Shown: positions 20,388-30,905 of the stretch, piece after piece
How positions within the stretch are numbered: position 1 is the first letter of the stretch
Layout: each line of letters begins with the position of its first letter
NCBI GenBank assembly: GCA_965199495.1
Contig: CBDASK010000003.1
Location: 1,760,001-1,824,000 of the forward strand
Direction of reading: 5' to 3'
DNA from: Abditibacterium sp.
Lineage (GTDB): Bacteria; Armatimonadota; Abditibacteriia; Abditibacteriales; Abditibacteriaceae
Length of the DNA: 64,000 nt
Position numbers and translations under genes: made by a program
Notes under the pieces: generated by a model
The model's database searches: none
The model's input: only the letters and a program-made list of their open reading frames with translations
Told to the model about the DNA's origin: nothing

Positions 20388-20630
20388 ATGACCCCCCAAC
20401 TTATCAACGAAATCAATGCGTTGCCCGCCGAAGCACAACGTCAACTCGCCGACTTCGCCGAATTTTTGCGCCAAAAGTATCGCAACGCTCCGACATCACA
20501 ACCGACCAAAGCCACCGAGTTCGACAAAGAGCCGTTCATCGGAATGTGGAGTGACCGCGAAGACGTGGCTGATAGTTCGCAAGTGGTGCGCGAACTCCGC
20601 AAATCTGAATGGGGCGAAATGTTGTCTTGA
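20388..20630 (+). CDS. DUF2281-like antitoxin (orphan)
   Basis: LPAEAQRQLADFAEFLRQKY..EPFIGMWSDRED; aaaggag RBS. Confidence 0.75.
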   Translation: MTPQLINEINALPAEAQRQLADFAEFLRQKYRNAPTSQPTKATEFDKEPFIGMWSDREDVADSSQVVRELRKSEWGEMLS

Positions 20631-20731
20631 ATTTGCTGGCGTATCTATACATTTGTCTGTGCAACGCTTACTCAGTCGTTTTAGCCAGAAATAGAACGAC
20701 TGAGTAGAGAGCGTTTTATGACACAGTTCAC

Positions 20732-20875
20732 TTAATGAATCCAATGGTCAGTAATCATTCTCATGACTTCTAATGCGTAATTCGCATTCGTGGTATGATA
20801 CAGAAATACCGCAGCCAAGACAATACACAAAACCATGACCAACTGCGACTTTAATAAATTAGCCACTATTTTCAT
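20732..20875 (-). CDS. Small single-TM peptide, 47 aa (not in ORF track)
   Basis: MKIVANLLKSQLVMVLCIVLAAVFLYHTTNANYALEVMRMITDHWIH; aaaaaggag RBS. Confidence 0.65.
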   Translation of the reverse strand: MKIVANLLKSQLVMVLCIVLAAVFLYHTTNANYALEVMRMITDHWIH

Positions 20876-21052
20876 AATTTCTCCTTTTTATAGGATTTTT
20901 TATCCCATAAACCTCTTATGACCCTAAACATCACGCTCTATAAATTGGTGATTGCGTGATGTTGTGAAATCAGCAAAATAATTTTCGTTTTCATCCTTCT
21001 GGTATTGGGTGGCCCCCTCGCTAAGTATCCAGTTTTTATAATCATGTGCTGT

Positions 21053-21081
21053 ATTATACCATATTTTCATTTCTTTGTCAA
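21053..21081 (-). promoter_or_regulatory. Consensus sigma70 promoter upstream of the small peptide gene
   Basis: TTGACA-17 nt-TATAAT with extended -10 TG on the minus strand. Confidence 0.8.
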
Positions 21082-21239
21082 ATTCAATTTAATATCCTAT
21101 AAAGGTAGATTCTTACATGAATGTCTGAGCGCAGCTCGTTCTGTGGACTTTCGGTATTTATCCGTCGCAGAACATCAATTTTTAGCATCTGCCTTCCCGC
21201 TTTGCGCTCGCTTGGTAAAATATAAGGGATACGCGTCTC

Positions 21240-24140
21240 ATGATGAACACTTCCACCGACCCCGCCGTTGCAAACGGCGTCGCACTTAACGGCTCGCACG
21301 CCAACGGCAGCCACGCCGACGGCGGCGCGCCTTCCGAAATCGAGAATATCGAGAATCAGGAATGGCTCGAATCGCTCGATTACGTTTTCCAAAACGCTGG
21401 CCCCGACCGCGTGGCTGCACTTCTCGAACGCCTCGAAACGCACGCGCATAAACTCGGCGTTTCGATTCCGTTTTCGGCCAATACGCCTTATATCAACACC
21501 ATTTTGCCCGGCGAACAGCCCGATTATCCAGGCGATTTGGAACTCGAACGCACGATTCGCAATCTGGTGCGCTGGAACGCGATGGCGATGGTGGTGCGCG
21601 CCAACAAAGCCTCCGATGGCGTGGGCGGGCACATCTCGACCTTCGCTTCGTCGGCCACGCTTTACGAAGTCGCGCAAAACCATTTCTTCAAAGGCAAAGA
21701 CCATCCCGATGGCGGCGACCAAATCTTCTTTCAGGGCCACGCCTCGCCCGGTATGTATGCGCGCGCTTTTCTCGAAGGCCGCTTGTCCGAAGCGAATTTG
21801 ACCAATTTTCGGCAGGAACTGCGCGAAGATACGTTCGGACTTTCTTCTTATCCGCATCCCTGGCTGATGCCCGATTTCTGGGAATTCCCGACGGTTTCGA
21901 TGGGACTGGGGCCGATTGGCTCGATTTATCAGGCGAGATTTAATCGTTATCTGGAAAATCGCGGTTTGAAAGATACGTCCAAGCAGCGCGTGTGGTGTTT
22001 CATCGGCGACGGCGAAACCGACGAACCCGAAACGCTGGGCGCGATTTCTCTGGCCGCGCGCGAGAAATTGGACAATTTGACCTTCGTCATCAACTGCAAC
22101 TTGCAGCGTTTGGATGGGCCGGTGCGCGGCAACAGCAAAATCATTCAGGAACTCGAAACGATTTTCAAGGGCGCCGGTTGGAACGTGATTAAAGTCATCT
22201 GGGGCAGCGATTGGGATCCGCTTTTGGAAATGGACAACGGCGATTTGATCGAGCAGATGGGCCGCATCGTGGACGGCCAATATCAGAAGTATTCGGTTTC
22301 GAGCGGCGAATACGTGCGCGAGCATTTCTTTGGCGCGACCGAAAAAACGCGCGAAATCGGCGCGACCATGACCGACGAACAAATCCGCACCATCAAGCGC
22401 GGCGGCCACGATCCGGTCAAGGTTTACACCGCCTACGACGCCGCGCAAAAGTGCAAAGGCCAGCCGACGGTGATTCTGGCCAAGACCATCAAAGGCTACG
22501 GTTTGGGTGAGGCGGGCGAAGGAAAAAACGTCGCGCACAACCAGAAGAAAGTCAACGAGAACGAATTGCGCGCTTTCCGCGAACGTTTTCATATCCCGAT
22601 TTCCGACGAAGATGTGGACAAGGCGCCGTTTTACCGGCCCGCCGACGATTCGCCGGAAATGAAGTATCTGCTCAAAAAGCGCGAAGAGTTGGGCGGTTTC
22701 GTGCCCTCGCGCCGCGATATTTCGCCGTGCTTGCCCGCGCCCGATGACAAGATTTTCGCGCAGTTCATGAAGGGCACCGACCCCAAATCGGACAAGCAAC
22801 CCTCGACCACGCAGGTCATGGTTTCGATTATGCAGAACCTGCTGCGCGACGAAAGTCTGGGCAAATATATCGTGCCGATTGTGCCCGATGAAGCGCGCAC
22901 TTTCGGCATGGAGGGTTTGATTGGGCGCTTTGGCATTTACGCTTCGACCGGCCAGCTTTACGAGCCGGTTGACCGTCAAAACGTGATGTATTATAAGGAG
23001 GCCAAGGACGGTCAGATTTTGGAAGAGGGCATCAACGAAGCCGGTTCGATGGCGAGCTTTATCGCCGCCGGAACCGCTTACGCCACGCACGGCGTGCCGA
23101 TGATTCCGCTTTACATTTACTACTCGATGTTCGGTTTGCAGCGAGTGGGCGACCAGTTCTGGCTGGCCGGAGACATTCGCGCCAAAGGTTTTCTCATCGG
23201 CGGCACGGCGGGCCGCACCACGCTCAACGGCGAGGGCTTGCAGCACCAAGACGGCCATTCGCAGCTTTACGCTTACTCCGTTCCCAACATGATGGCCTAC
23301 GATCCGGCTTATGCTTACGAATTGGCGGTCATCGTTCAAGACGGCATCAAGCGGATGTTCACCGACGGCGAGAACATCTTCTATTATCTGACGGTGATGA
23401 ACGAGCAATACGTCATGCCGACGATGCCCGACCGCGCGGAAACGCGCGAGGGAATTCTGAAAGGTTTGTATCTGCTGCGCACCTCGGACGAAGCAGCCAC
23501 GTCCGACCTGGCTGCATCATCGGACGACACGATTTCCGCCGACGCGATGGAACAAAGCGCGGGCGCGGGCACCGCCGCAACCGGCAGTTCGACGCCCTCG
23601 AAAAACAAAAAAGCCGCCGTCAAAAGCGCGCCCAGAGTCGAATCGAAACTGCGCGCGCAACTGTTTGGTAGCGGCACGATTTTGAACGAAGTCGTCAAAG
23701 CGCAAAGTTTGCTCGCCAAATACAACGTCGAGGCCGACGTGTGGAGCGTGACGAGTTATCAGCAACTGTATCGCGATTGCATTCAGACCGAGCGTTACAA
23801 TCTGCTGCATCCGGGCGCCGAGCCGAAATTGTCTTACGTCGAGCAGATGCTCAAAGACAAGGGCGATGTCGTCGTCGCGTCGAGCGATTATCTCAAGGCG
23901 TTGCCCGAAAGCATCGCGCAATACGTGCCGCACCCGATGGCGTGTCTGGGAACCGATGGCTTCGGTCGCTCCGACGGTCGCGGCGCTTTGCGCGATTTCT
24001 TCGAGGTGGACGCGCGCTATGTCGCGCTGGCGGCGCTGACCGAGTTGGCGAAAATCGGCAAGTTGGAGTGGAGCGTGGTGCAGGGCGCGATGAAGGATTT
24101 TGGTATTGCGGAAGGTAAGAAAAATCCGTTATTGGTTTAA
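21240..24140 (+). CDS. aceE: Pyruvate dehydrogenase E1, homodimeric type
   Basis: GGHIST, FQGHASPG, FPTVSMGLG, GDGETDEPE, NCNLQRLDGPVRGN, GLQHQDG. Confidence 0.97.
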   Translation: MMNTSTDPAVANGVALNGSHANGSHADGGAPSEIENIENQEWLESLDYVFQNAGPDRVAALLERLETHAHKLGVSIPFSANTPYINTILPGEQPDYPGDLELERTIRNLVRWNAMAMVVRANKASDGVGGHISTFASSATLYEVAQNHFFKGKDHPDGGDQIFFQGHASPGMYARAFLEGRLSEANLTNFRQELREDTFGLSSYPHPWLMPDFWEFPTVSMGLGPIGSIYQARFNRYLENRGLKDTSKQRVWCFIGDGETDEPETLGAISLAAREKLDNLTFVINCNLQRLDGPVRGNSKIIQELETIFKGAGWNVIKVIWGSDWDPLLEMDNGDLIEQMGRIVDGQYQKYSVSSGEYVREHFFGATEKTREIGATMTDEQIRTIKRGGHDPVKVYTAYDAAQKCKGQPTVILAKTIKGYGLGEAGEGKNVAHNQKKVNENELRAFRERFHIPISDEDVDKAPFYRPADDSPEMKYLLKKREELGGFVPSRRDISPCLPAPDDKIFAQFMKGTDPKSDKQPSTTQVMVSIMQNLLRDESLGKYIVPIVPDEARTFGMEGLIGRFGIYASTGQLYEPVDRQNVMYYKEAKDGQILEEGINEAGSMASFIAAGTAYATHGVPMIPLYIYYSMFGLQRVGDQFWLAGDIRAKGFLIGGTAGRTTLNGEGLQHQDGHSQLYAYSVPNMMAYDPAYAYELAVIVQDGIKRMFTDGENIFYYLTVMNEQYVMPTMPDRAETREGILKGLYLLRTSDEAATSDLAASSDDTISADAMEQSAGAGTAATGSSTPSKNKKAAVKSAPRVESKLRAQLFGSGTILNEVVKAQSLLAKYNVEADVWSVTSYQQLYRDCIQTERYNLLHPGAEPKLSYVEQMLKDKGDVVVASSDYLKALPESIAQYVPHPMACLGTDGFGRSDGRGALRDFFEVDARYVALAALTELAKIGKLEWSVVQGAMKDFGIAEGKKNPLLV

Positions 24141-24152
24141 CTCCTATTGCTA

Positions 24153-24186
24153 AAAAGAGGAATGTGAGAAATCGCATTCCTCTTTC
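24153..24186 (+). terminator. Terminator after aceE
   Basis: aaagaggaatgtga-gaaa-tcgcattcctcttt. Confidence 0.7.
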
Positions 24187-24228
24187 TGTAAACACTGTCT
24201 ATTTTTCAACAAGAATCCTCTGAGCAAA

Positions 24229-27200
24229 ATGCAATACTATTTTAACGAGCTATCCCCGGAAAAATTCCAACGCTTAATCAATGTGATTTTAACAGCGCGT
24301 TTCGGAGAAAAAGCACGTCTCACTCCGTTGCGTGGTTCGGATGGTGGGCGCGATGGAGAAACTGCATTTGATCAACCGGGACAAGAATTTATAGAATTCC
24401 AGTTGCCTGCTGTAACTCGTCCTCGCTCGCCTTTTATTGCTCCTGAACCTGGTCGTTATTTATTTCAAGTCAAGCATCATCGCACCAACGAATCTCGCCC
24501 TCAAGATTCGCGGGCGAAAGTTGTATCAGATTTTGGAGAAGAACTCACCGGCAACGTTTTGTCGCGTTCGGGCGATGAGCGCGTCAACTTCTTTTACCTA
24601 ATCACCAACGTTTCTTCGAGCGAAGAAGCAATGGTGAAGATAGACGATAGAAAGAGGGTTCTCACTCCGCGCGCTCGTCCACTCTTTGCAGATGTCTGGT
24701 GGCAAGAACAGATTGTTGCTTTTTTAGATCAAATGCCCTCTCTTTGGGCTGCGTATCCCGAACTGTTCGCGGGTGGAGTTGTGCCGTTACTGGGACAAAT
24801 TGCCACTCTTCAACCCAAAGGGATCCCATTGGCTATTCGTTTGGCTTTAAGCAAGCAGACCAATCGCGACAAACAGATCAAATTTAGGCAAATCGATTTG
24901 CAGAGAGATTTAGCGGCCTTGTTCGTTGATCTTGATGTTGCACTCGGCGCATTGGATAAATCTACGAGAATAGATTTACTGGGTTCACATGGTCGCCAAC
25001 ATCTCTTTGATATGCGTCAACACGGTCTCCATCAGGAAGCTCAAGTAGAAATGGAAAGTTCCGAAGCGGAATCAGATGAAGAAGATTTGATCTTCGACAT
25101 GGTAGATTACGACGAAGAAACAGACGAGCCGCATTTAAGCGCGTTGTGGCTTCTGCTCAACGAGAGTTCTCATTGTGCGCGTAAAATCATTCTCGAAGGC
25201 GGCCCAGGACAAGGCAAATCAACCATCACTCAGATGGCCGCTCAAATTTATAGAGAGAATTTGTTAGCGCCACAATTTCCGATGAAAGCCGAAGGACGTT
25301 GGCAGTCACCAGAGAAATCTCGGTTGGTTTTACGTTTGGAACTGCGTGATTTCGCCGAGTGGTTTCGTAGTAAATCAGCAGAAGAGAAGGATACGGAAGC
25401 TGGCAGTGTGGAAGAATTTCTGTCCAAAGAACTTCAACGCGAAGCTGGTGGCGCGACCGTCACCGTTGAAGATATTCATGGGTTGGCTGGCGCGACTCCG
25501 TTGCTACTCATTTTCGATGGATTAGATGAAGTCGCCAGCGATGAGTTGCGAGATCGCACTTTGGCCCGAATTGATGATTGTGTGGCCCGACTGGAGCAGG
25601 CAGAAGCGGATTTGCGCGTCATCGTCACCACGCGCCCTCCTGCCATCGCTGGACGTGGAGAACGCCTCTCTGAGTTCCATCGCTTCACCCTCTCGCCTCT
25701 TTCGGCGCGACGTATCGAAGAGTATTTGCAACGATGGTTGGCAGTTCAAGCTCCCGAAGAGGACGAAAGCCGCCGCATCCGCAATGCTTATCTTAACCGG
25801 CGCGCGGACGATTACGTTCAAGCCTTGGCGCGTAATCCAATGCAACTTTCGGTATTGCTGCACTTCATTCGCTTGAAAGGAGAAGCCTTTCCTTCGCAAC
25901 GCGCCGAATTATATCGCGATTACTTCCAAGTAGTAATTGACCGAGATGTGGAGAAAAACTCCTATTTGCGCGACCACAGAAAACTCATTGAAGAACTGCA
26001 CGGGGTTTTGGCTTTTCGCATTCATGCTCTGACTGAAACGGAACAGGCTGACCGCTCGTTAGCTTACCCGCAACTCTTGAAGATCGTGCGTTCCTGGTTG
26101 CATAAGCAAGGCGAAAGCGAGGACATGGCCGAAAGCCTCTTCAAAGTGGGCAACGAAAGATTGGGGTTAGTGGTGGCTCTACGCGGCGAGGGGCATGACA
26201 CTCGCTACGGTTTTTCCATTCAGCCCATCCAGGAGTATTTCGCGGCGGCTTTCATCAACGAACACTTCGCCCTGGATAAGGCACATAGTTTGTTTGAAGA
26301 GATGGCGCGTCGGCCCTACTGGCAAGAAGTCGCTCTATTTCTCGGAGGTCTGCGTCGCTCCACGGAAAAAGCAGACCTACTCGCACGTTGCAAACAATTG
26401 GACGATCCCAATGTGGTTCCCTGGCGTGGCAACGGTTACATCACTGCTTTGCGGATGTTGCAGGATGGCATTCTGTCTCAACGCCATTTGGCCGCAGACG
26501 CTCTCGACTTCTTACTCGATCTTTATGACTCGAACTCGACAACCGCCCAAAGCGACATCTTAGATACCTTTGGCAACACCTTAATTTCGATAGAAAAGTT
26601 GCTTCCTTATGGACGCAAAGAGCAACATATAAAACGTATTGAAAGCATTTTTCTCACGCTTTGGGAAAGGTCAGATTTATCTCAGTTCCGCAATCGGCTT
26701 TACTGCCTCGCTCATTTGTTATTGCACGCTCAGGATGAGCAAGAAACCGTTCAGTTTCTCGAATCTATCGAAGCAAAAACTGCGACTCAATTCCGCATGT
26801 TACCTTATTTGAGGTTGACCGTGCCTCTTGCTCTGGAGTTACCCGTTGAAGGACGAGACTCTTTTCCAGACGATCTGAGTTCCGAACTTTGGTCATCAGG
26901 ACAGGGTAATCTAAATACAAAACGCTGGGCATCCGCATGGTGGACTGGAAGAGCGCGCGCCAGCGGCGTAGTGGCCCCAGAGGAGTTTCATCAAGCCTTA
27001 GCTTACGAGTTCGCCATAAACCCGCTTCATGACGCGCGAATAATGGGATTGAGCAGTTGCAAACCTTTGTCATCTTGGGCGATTTGGCACTTAGTTGCGC
27101 TCAACAATTTTCTTTCGCTTCAAACCTTCCGGCAGTTCCCAGCAAAAGAGTGGAACAGAATCAGCAGTGAGATCAAGCCTAACAGTTGCGACATCGAGCT

Positions 27201-28380
27201 GAATTACGATGGTTTGGAACCAGCCACGGCGCACGCTATAAAGGATTTAATCGCAATCTGTTGTGCGTGTGCCGCCTGCCTCCAATCGGAGTTTAGTGAC
27301 GACAACGGTTTTGTAGAAACCGATTTAGAAGACGACTACGAGGCAAATCGGTATTCTGATTTGCCTTCAGCCGATGAAGAAGTCAGAGAAGACAACCAAA
27401 CTACAAGATTCGCTCATTTGGAAGAAGTTGTGTTCTCGCATCTCGATACTTTACAGAAACTGCTCCAAGAACCCGAACACATCGGATGGATGGCGGCGCT
27501 TATCGGGGCAACCCTATTTCGCACGGTCTTCTTCAACTATCGTGGTAGCCACGCCCTTATGAGCGCCGAACACGCGGACGATTTTCAAAACATTTTCAAT
27601 ATTCGTCCTGAATGTATGGCGTTGTGGAAGATGTTGCGTCCCTATTACGACGTAAATTGGGACAAATTACAGATCGAGTTTTCAGGAGAAATCGGTGATG
27701 ATTTGCGCCGATTTCTTTTCGAGGGTCGCTATCATGGGCGCTCGCCGCTTAGAGTTCGGACTGACGAACAAGACTTACGTTTAGTCACAGATGTGTTTCG
27801 CCAACAAGCTCTGAGTTTAGAGGAGAATGACCGCGGCCAATCAAGTTGGATTTCGACGATACCGTTGGAGTTGGAACATATCGGAGCCTTTTTTTGTATT
27901 GAAACAGATGATGCCACAACGATAAAGCAGCTACTTCAATTTTTGGGAAGTTCTTCAACAACAAGCATAGGTAAGAGAGGTTTTGCGGATAGCTTGCCTC
28001 AAGATTTGGTTGATCTCATCATTTCCATAATGCGTGAGGATGATGACGCGAATCTATGGCGAGGTGCGTTCATCGCGTTGAGTGGAAGTAACTACGTTTC
28101 AAATTTAACTGTGGAAGAGCTGCTTCGAATTATCGGAAGCGCGAAGCGCCGTGGGGTTGAAGTTCAGATGCTATTTAACCGTCACCACGCTCAGATCAGA
28201 AATAGTAGCGAACACGGAAGTAGTTTTGAGAAGTTAATTGAAGTGGCTCAGAAAATTTGTGAATTACGAAACACATTCGATTCGGAAACTGTGCGCACTG
28301 CCTCCCAGTTTCTTTCCAGTAATATCCCCGTTGATCTTGCGCCTTTATCAAAAAAGATAGAGCAGGAACAGATGCTTTGA
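24229..28380 (+). CDS. NACHT/STAND NTPase with N-terminal Mrr/REase-like domain, putative antiphage protein
   Basis: N-terminal FQRL..GSDGGRDG..FQVKH; Walker A GGPGQGKST; Walker B LLIFDGLDEV; VIVTTRP; NPMQL; IQEYFAA; atypical codon usage. Confidence 0.85.
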   Translation: MQYYFNELSPEKFQRLINVILTARFGEKARLTPLRGSDGGRDGETAFDQPGQEFIEFQLPAVTRPRSPFIAPEPGRYLFQVKHHRTNESRPQDSRAKVVSDFGEELTGNVLSRSGDERVNFFYLITNVSSSEEAMVKIDDRKRVLTPRARPLFADVWWQEQIVAFLDQMPSLWAAYPELFAGGVVPLLGQIATLQPKGIPLAIRLALSKQTNRDKQIKFRQIDLQRDLAALFVDLDVALGALDKSTRIDLLGSHGRQHLFDMRQHGLHQEAQVEMESSEAESDEEDLIFDMVDYDEETDEPHLSALWLLLNESSHCARKIILEGGPGQGKSTITQMAAQIYRENLLAPQFPMKAEGRWQSPEKSRLVLRLELRDFAEWFRSKSAEEKDTEAGSVEEFLSKELQREAGGATVTVEDIHGLAGATPLLLIFDGLDEVASDELRDRTLARIDDCVARLEQAEADLRVIVTTRPPAIAGRGERLSEFHRFTLSPLSARRIEEYLQRWLAVQAPEEDESRRIRNAYLNRRADDYVQALARNPMQLSVLLHFIRLKGEAFPSQRAELYRDYFQVVIDRDVEKNSYLRDHRKLIEELHGVLAFRIHALTETEQADRSLAYPQLLKIVRSWLHKQGESEDMAESLFKVGNERLGLVVALRGEGHDTRYGFSIQPIQEYFAAAFINEHFALDKAHSLFEEMARRPYWQEVALFLGGLRRSTEKADLLARCKQLDDPNVVPWRGNGYITALRMLQDGILSQRHLAADALDFLLDLYDSNSTTAQSDILDTFGNTLISIEKLLPYGRKEQHIKRIESIFLTLWERSDLSQFRNRLYCLAHLLLHAQDEQETVQFLESIEAKTATQFRMLPYLRLTVPLALELPVEGRDSFPDDLSSELWSSGQGNLNTKRWASAWWTGRARASGVVAPEEFHQALAYEFAINPLHDARIMGLSSCKPLSSWAIWHLVALNNFLSLQTFRQFPAKEWNRISSEIKPNSCDIELNYDGLEPATAHAIKDLIAICCACAACLQSEFSDDNGFVETDLEDDYEANRYSDLPSADEEVREDNQTTRFAHLEEVVFSHLDTLQKLLQEPEHIGWMAALIGATLFRTVFFNYRGSHALMSAEHADDFQNIFNIRPECMALWKMLRPYYDVNWDKLQIEFSGEIGDDLRRFLFEGRYHGRSPLRVRTDEQDLRLVTDVFRQQALSLEENDRGQSSWISTIPLELEHIGAFFCIETDDATTIKQLLQFLGSSSTTSIGKRGFADSLPQDLVDLIISIMREDDDANLWRGAFIALSGSNYVSNLTVEELLRIIGSAKRRGVEVQMLFNRHHAQIRNSSEHGSSFEKLIEVAQKICELRNTFDSETVRTASQFLSSNIPVDLAPLSKKIEQEQML

Positions 28381-28442
28381 GATTTGTAGAGAAGAAATAG
28401 AGAGTAAGTGGTTATCTGAATTGCCGGTGCAAATCAACAATC

Positions 28443-29855
28443 ATGTCACGTTTTTCCTGCATCCGCTTTCTATCACTGATAATCCTACCATTCCTCGGTT
28501 GCGCCGCGCCCAAAACCGCGCCCGCCGTTTTAACCATTGATTCCACGCCGCAACAGACGATTCGCGGCTGGGGCATTTATCCCTGCACGATTCGTAACGA
28601 CCGCCCAAACGCCGAACTTTATACGTTGTGGAAACGCCCTAACGCCGCGCGTTTGATCTGGCGCGATTTGAACGCGACTTACTGGCGCAGCGAAATTCTG
28701 CCCGGCTCCTACGACGCGCGGCGCGACGACGGCTCGCTCGACCTTAAATATCTCGATCAATCGTTGGTGCGCGAAATCAAACTGGCGAAATTCTACGGCC
28801 AAACGCGCTACATTTTGTCGGTCTGGTCGCCGCCCGCGCCGTTTAAGTCGCCGACGACGACGTTGGGCGTTGACCCGAAAACCAAACGAACCGCCGTGTT
28901 GCGGCCTTCGCGCGAAGCCGATTATTGCCGTTTCGTCGCGCGCGTCTTAAAGCATTTGCAAACCCAAAAGTTGCCGTTGCCGTTCGCTTTAAGCGTGCAA
29001 AACGAGCCGAATTACGCGCCCGAATTATGGAATGGCACGCGCTTATCGCCCGCGCAATGGCAACGATTGACCATTGAAATGCGCGCCGAATTGGATGAAA
29101 ATGGATTTAAAAATATCCAACTCATCGGGCCGGAAGGTGGCAGTTACCGCGATAGCGTCGAGTTCGTGGGCGGCGTGGCTGCATCGGCGCTGAAGAATGC
29201 GCAGTTTGATAAAGCGTTGGGCGGTTTCGCGTTTCATGGTTATACGGCGCTTTCCAAACATCAACCGGACTTGGATAATCTGCGCGCCGTCGCCACAAAA
29301 ATGCAGCGCGCGGGCAAAAGCGTGTGGCAAAGCGAATGGTCAATTCCGGGCGATAAACCCGACGCTTTGAATCACGTTTTGGAAACCGCGCAACGGTTGG
29401 GGCGCGAGACGACGTTTGTTCCGTGCAACTATTGGAGTTGGTGGCAAGGCTATTACCCACGCCATTCCAAAGGCGAAGTTTTGCTCACCTGCGCGGATGA
29501 CGCGCATTTGCATATCTCGAAAACTTTTCGATTCCTTCAATGCTTATGGAAAAACGCGCCCGCAGGAAGCGTTGTCCATCGCGTGGAATCGAGCGATGCG
29601 CAGTTGTCAGGATTCGACGCGCAAAAGGTGCAATGCGTGGCATTTGAAAACGGCGCGCGACAAACGATTCTGTTGGTGAATCCGACCGATAAAGCTAAAG
29701 TGATAGAACTTCGCGGCTTACATGCAGCCACGGCGACGCCTTATTTGACCGACCAAACGCGCGATATGGAGATGCAAAGTCCGATTGCGGCAAAAAATGG
29801 CGCGGCGAGTTGGAGTTTGCCAGTGCGCTGCGTTTGCGTTTTGGTGGCGCACTGA
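28443..29855 (+). CDS. GH30-like glycoside hydrolase, lipoprotein
   Basis: FLGC lipobox; QTIRGWG, SVWSPP, SVQNEP, WQSEW. Confidence 0.8.
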   Translation: MSRFSCIRFLSLIILPFLGCAAPKTAPAVLTIDSTPQQTIRGWGIYPCTIRNDRPNAELYTLWKRPNAARLIWRDLNATYWRSEILPGSYDARRDDGSLDLKYLDQSLVREIKLAKFYGQTRYILSVWSPPAPFKSPTTTLGVDPKTKRTAVLRPSREADYCRFVARVLKHLQTQKLPLPFALSVQNEPNYAPELWNGTRLSPAQWQRLTIEMRAELDENGFKNIQLIGPEGGSYRDSVEFVGGVAASALKNAQFDKALGGFAFHGYTALSKHQPDLDNLRAVATKMQRAGKSVWQSEWSIPGDKPDALNHVLETAQRLGRETTFVPCNYWSWWQGYYPRHSKGEVLLTCADDAHLHISKTFRFLQCLWKNAPAGSVVHRVESSDAQLSGFDAQKVQCVAFENGARQTILLVNPTDKAKVIELRGLHAATATPYLTDQTRDMEMQSPIAAKNGAASWSLPVRCVCVLVAH

Positions 29856-29971
29856 ATCCAACAGTTTTGCGTTCGGGCATAAACTCTAATTTCTCTTGTT
29901 CCACTTGCCAAGAATAAACTTTAAAGCTAAAAGTTGACTAAATCTATAATAACCTGTAGAATTTTTCTGTT

Positions 29972-30796
29972 ATGCCTGAACCTAAACTTATTAATAAACT
30001 TATGGCCGAATTCCTCGGCACGCTCTGGCTGACCTTTGGCGGCTGCGGCAGCGCCGTTTTGGCCGCGAAATTCATCGCTCAAGAAGGCTCGACGCCGCTC
30101 AACCTCGGCATCGGCTTAGTCGGTGTTTCGCTCGCTTTTGGTCTCACCGTTTTGACGATGGCGTTCGCCGTCGGCCACATTTCGGGCGGCCATTTCAATC
30201 CGGCGGTTTCCCTCGGCCTCGTCGTCGGCAAGCGATTTCCCGCCGCGCAACTGCTGCCCTACTGGATCGCGCAGGTCGTCGGTGCCACCGTGGGCGCGCT
30301 GATTTTGTATGTCATCGCGTCGGGCGCCAAAGATTTTTCCAGCGCCGGTTTCGCCGGGGCAGGCGGTTTCGCCACCAACGGCTACGGCGATTTATCGCCC
30401 GGCGGCTTTTCAATGATTTCGTGTTTGGTCGCCGAAGTCGTGCTGACGGCGTTCTTTTTGATCATCATTTTGGGCGCGACCGACGCGCGCGCGCCGCAGG
30501 GATTCGCGCCCATCGCCATCGGTCTGGGCCTGACGCTGATTCATCTCATCGGCATTCCCGTGACCAACCTGAGCGTTAATCCGGCGCGCTCGACTGGCCC
30601 GGCGCTCTTCGCGGGCGCAAATCACATCGCGCAGTTGTGGCTGTTTTGGCTGGCGCCCTTGTTGGGCGCGGCGATTGGCGGCTTTATCTATCCGATCATG
30701 GCGGGCGACGCGGGCACGCGCGTGATTGACACGCAGACGCAACCCGGTCTGGATTCGGGCGCGCCCGTCGAACCGCTGGGCGAACGCGCGGCTTAG
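29972..30796 (+). CDS. aqpZ: Aquaporin Z
   Basis: [25 protein letters not shown]. Confidence 0.95.
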   Translation: MPEPKLINKLMAEFLGTLWLTFGGCGSAVLAAKFIAQEGSTPLNLGIGLVGVSLAFGLTVLTMAFAVGHISGGHFNPAVSLGLVVGKRFPAAQLLPYWIAQVVGATVGALILYVIASGAKDFSSAGFAGAGGFATNGYGDLSPGGFSMISCLVAEVVLTAFFLIIILGATDARAPQGFAPIAIGLGLTLIHLIGIPVTNLSVNPARSTGPALFAGANHIAQLWLFWLAPLLGAAIGGFIYPIMAGDAGTRVIDTQTQPGLDSGAPVEPLGERAA

Positions 30797-30905
30797 TTTC
30801 GATTCAACTTACAAGGAGAAAATTTGCCAAACGGCGCCGAGACTTACCTCGGCGCCGTTTGCTTTGCGAGACTGTTGTTGCTTCGTCGTTGTCGAAAACT
30901 GGCTT

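Noticed and set aside
21084..23408. Long antisense ORFs (also 33945..35585, 8764..9861, 41772..43223, 1184..2428)
   Set aside because: Mirror frames of strongly codon-biased genes such as aceE, fusA and icd, with no protein motifs.
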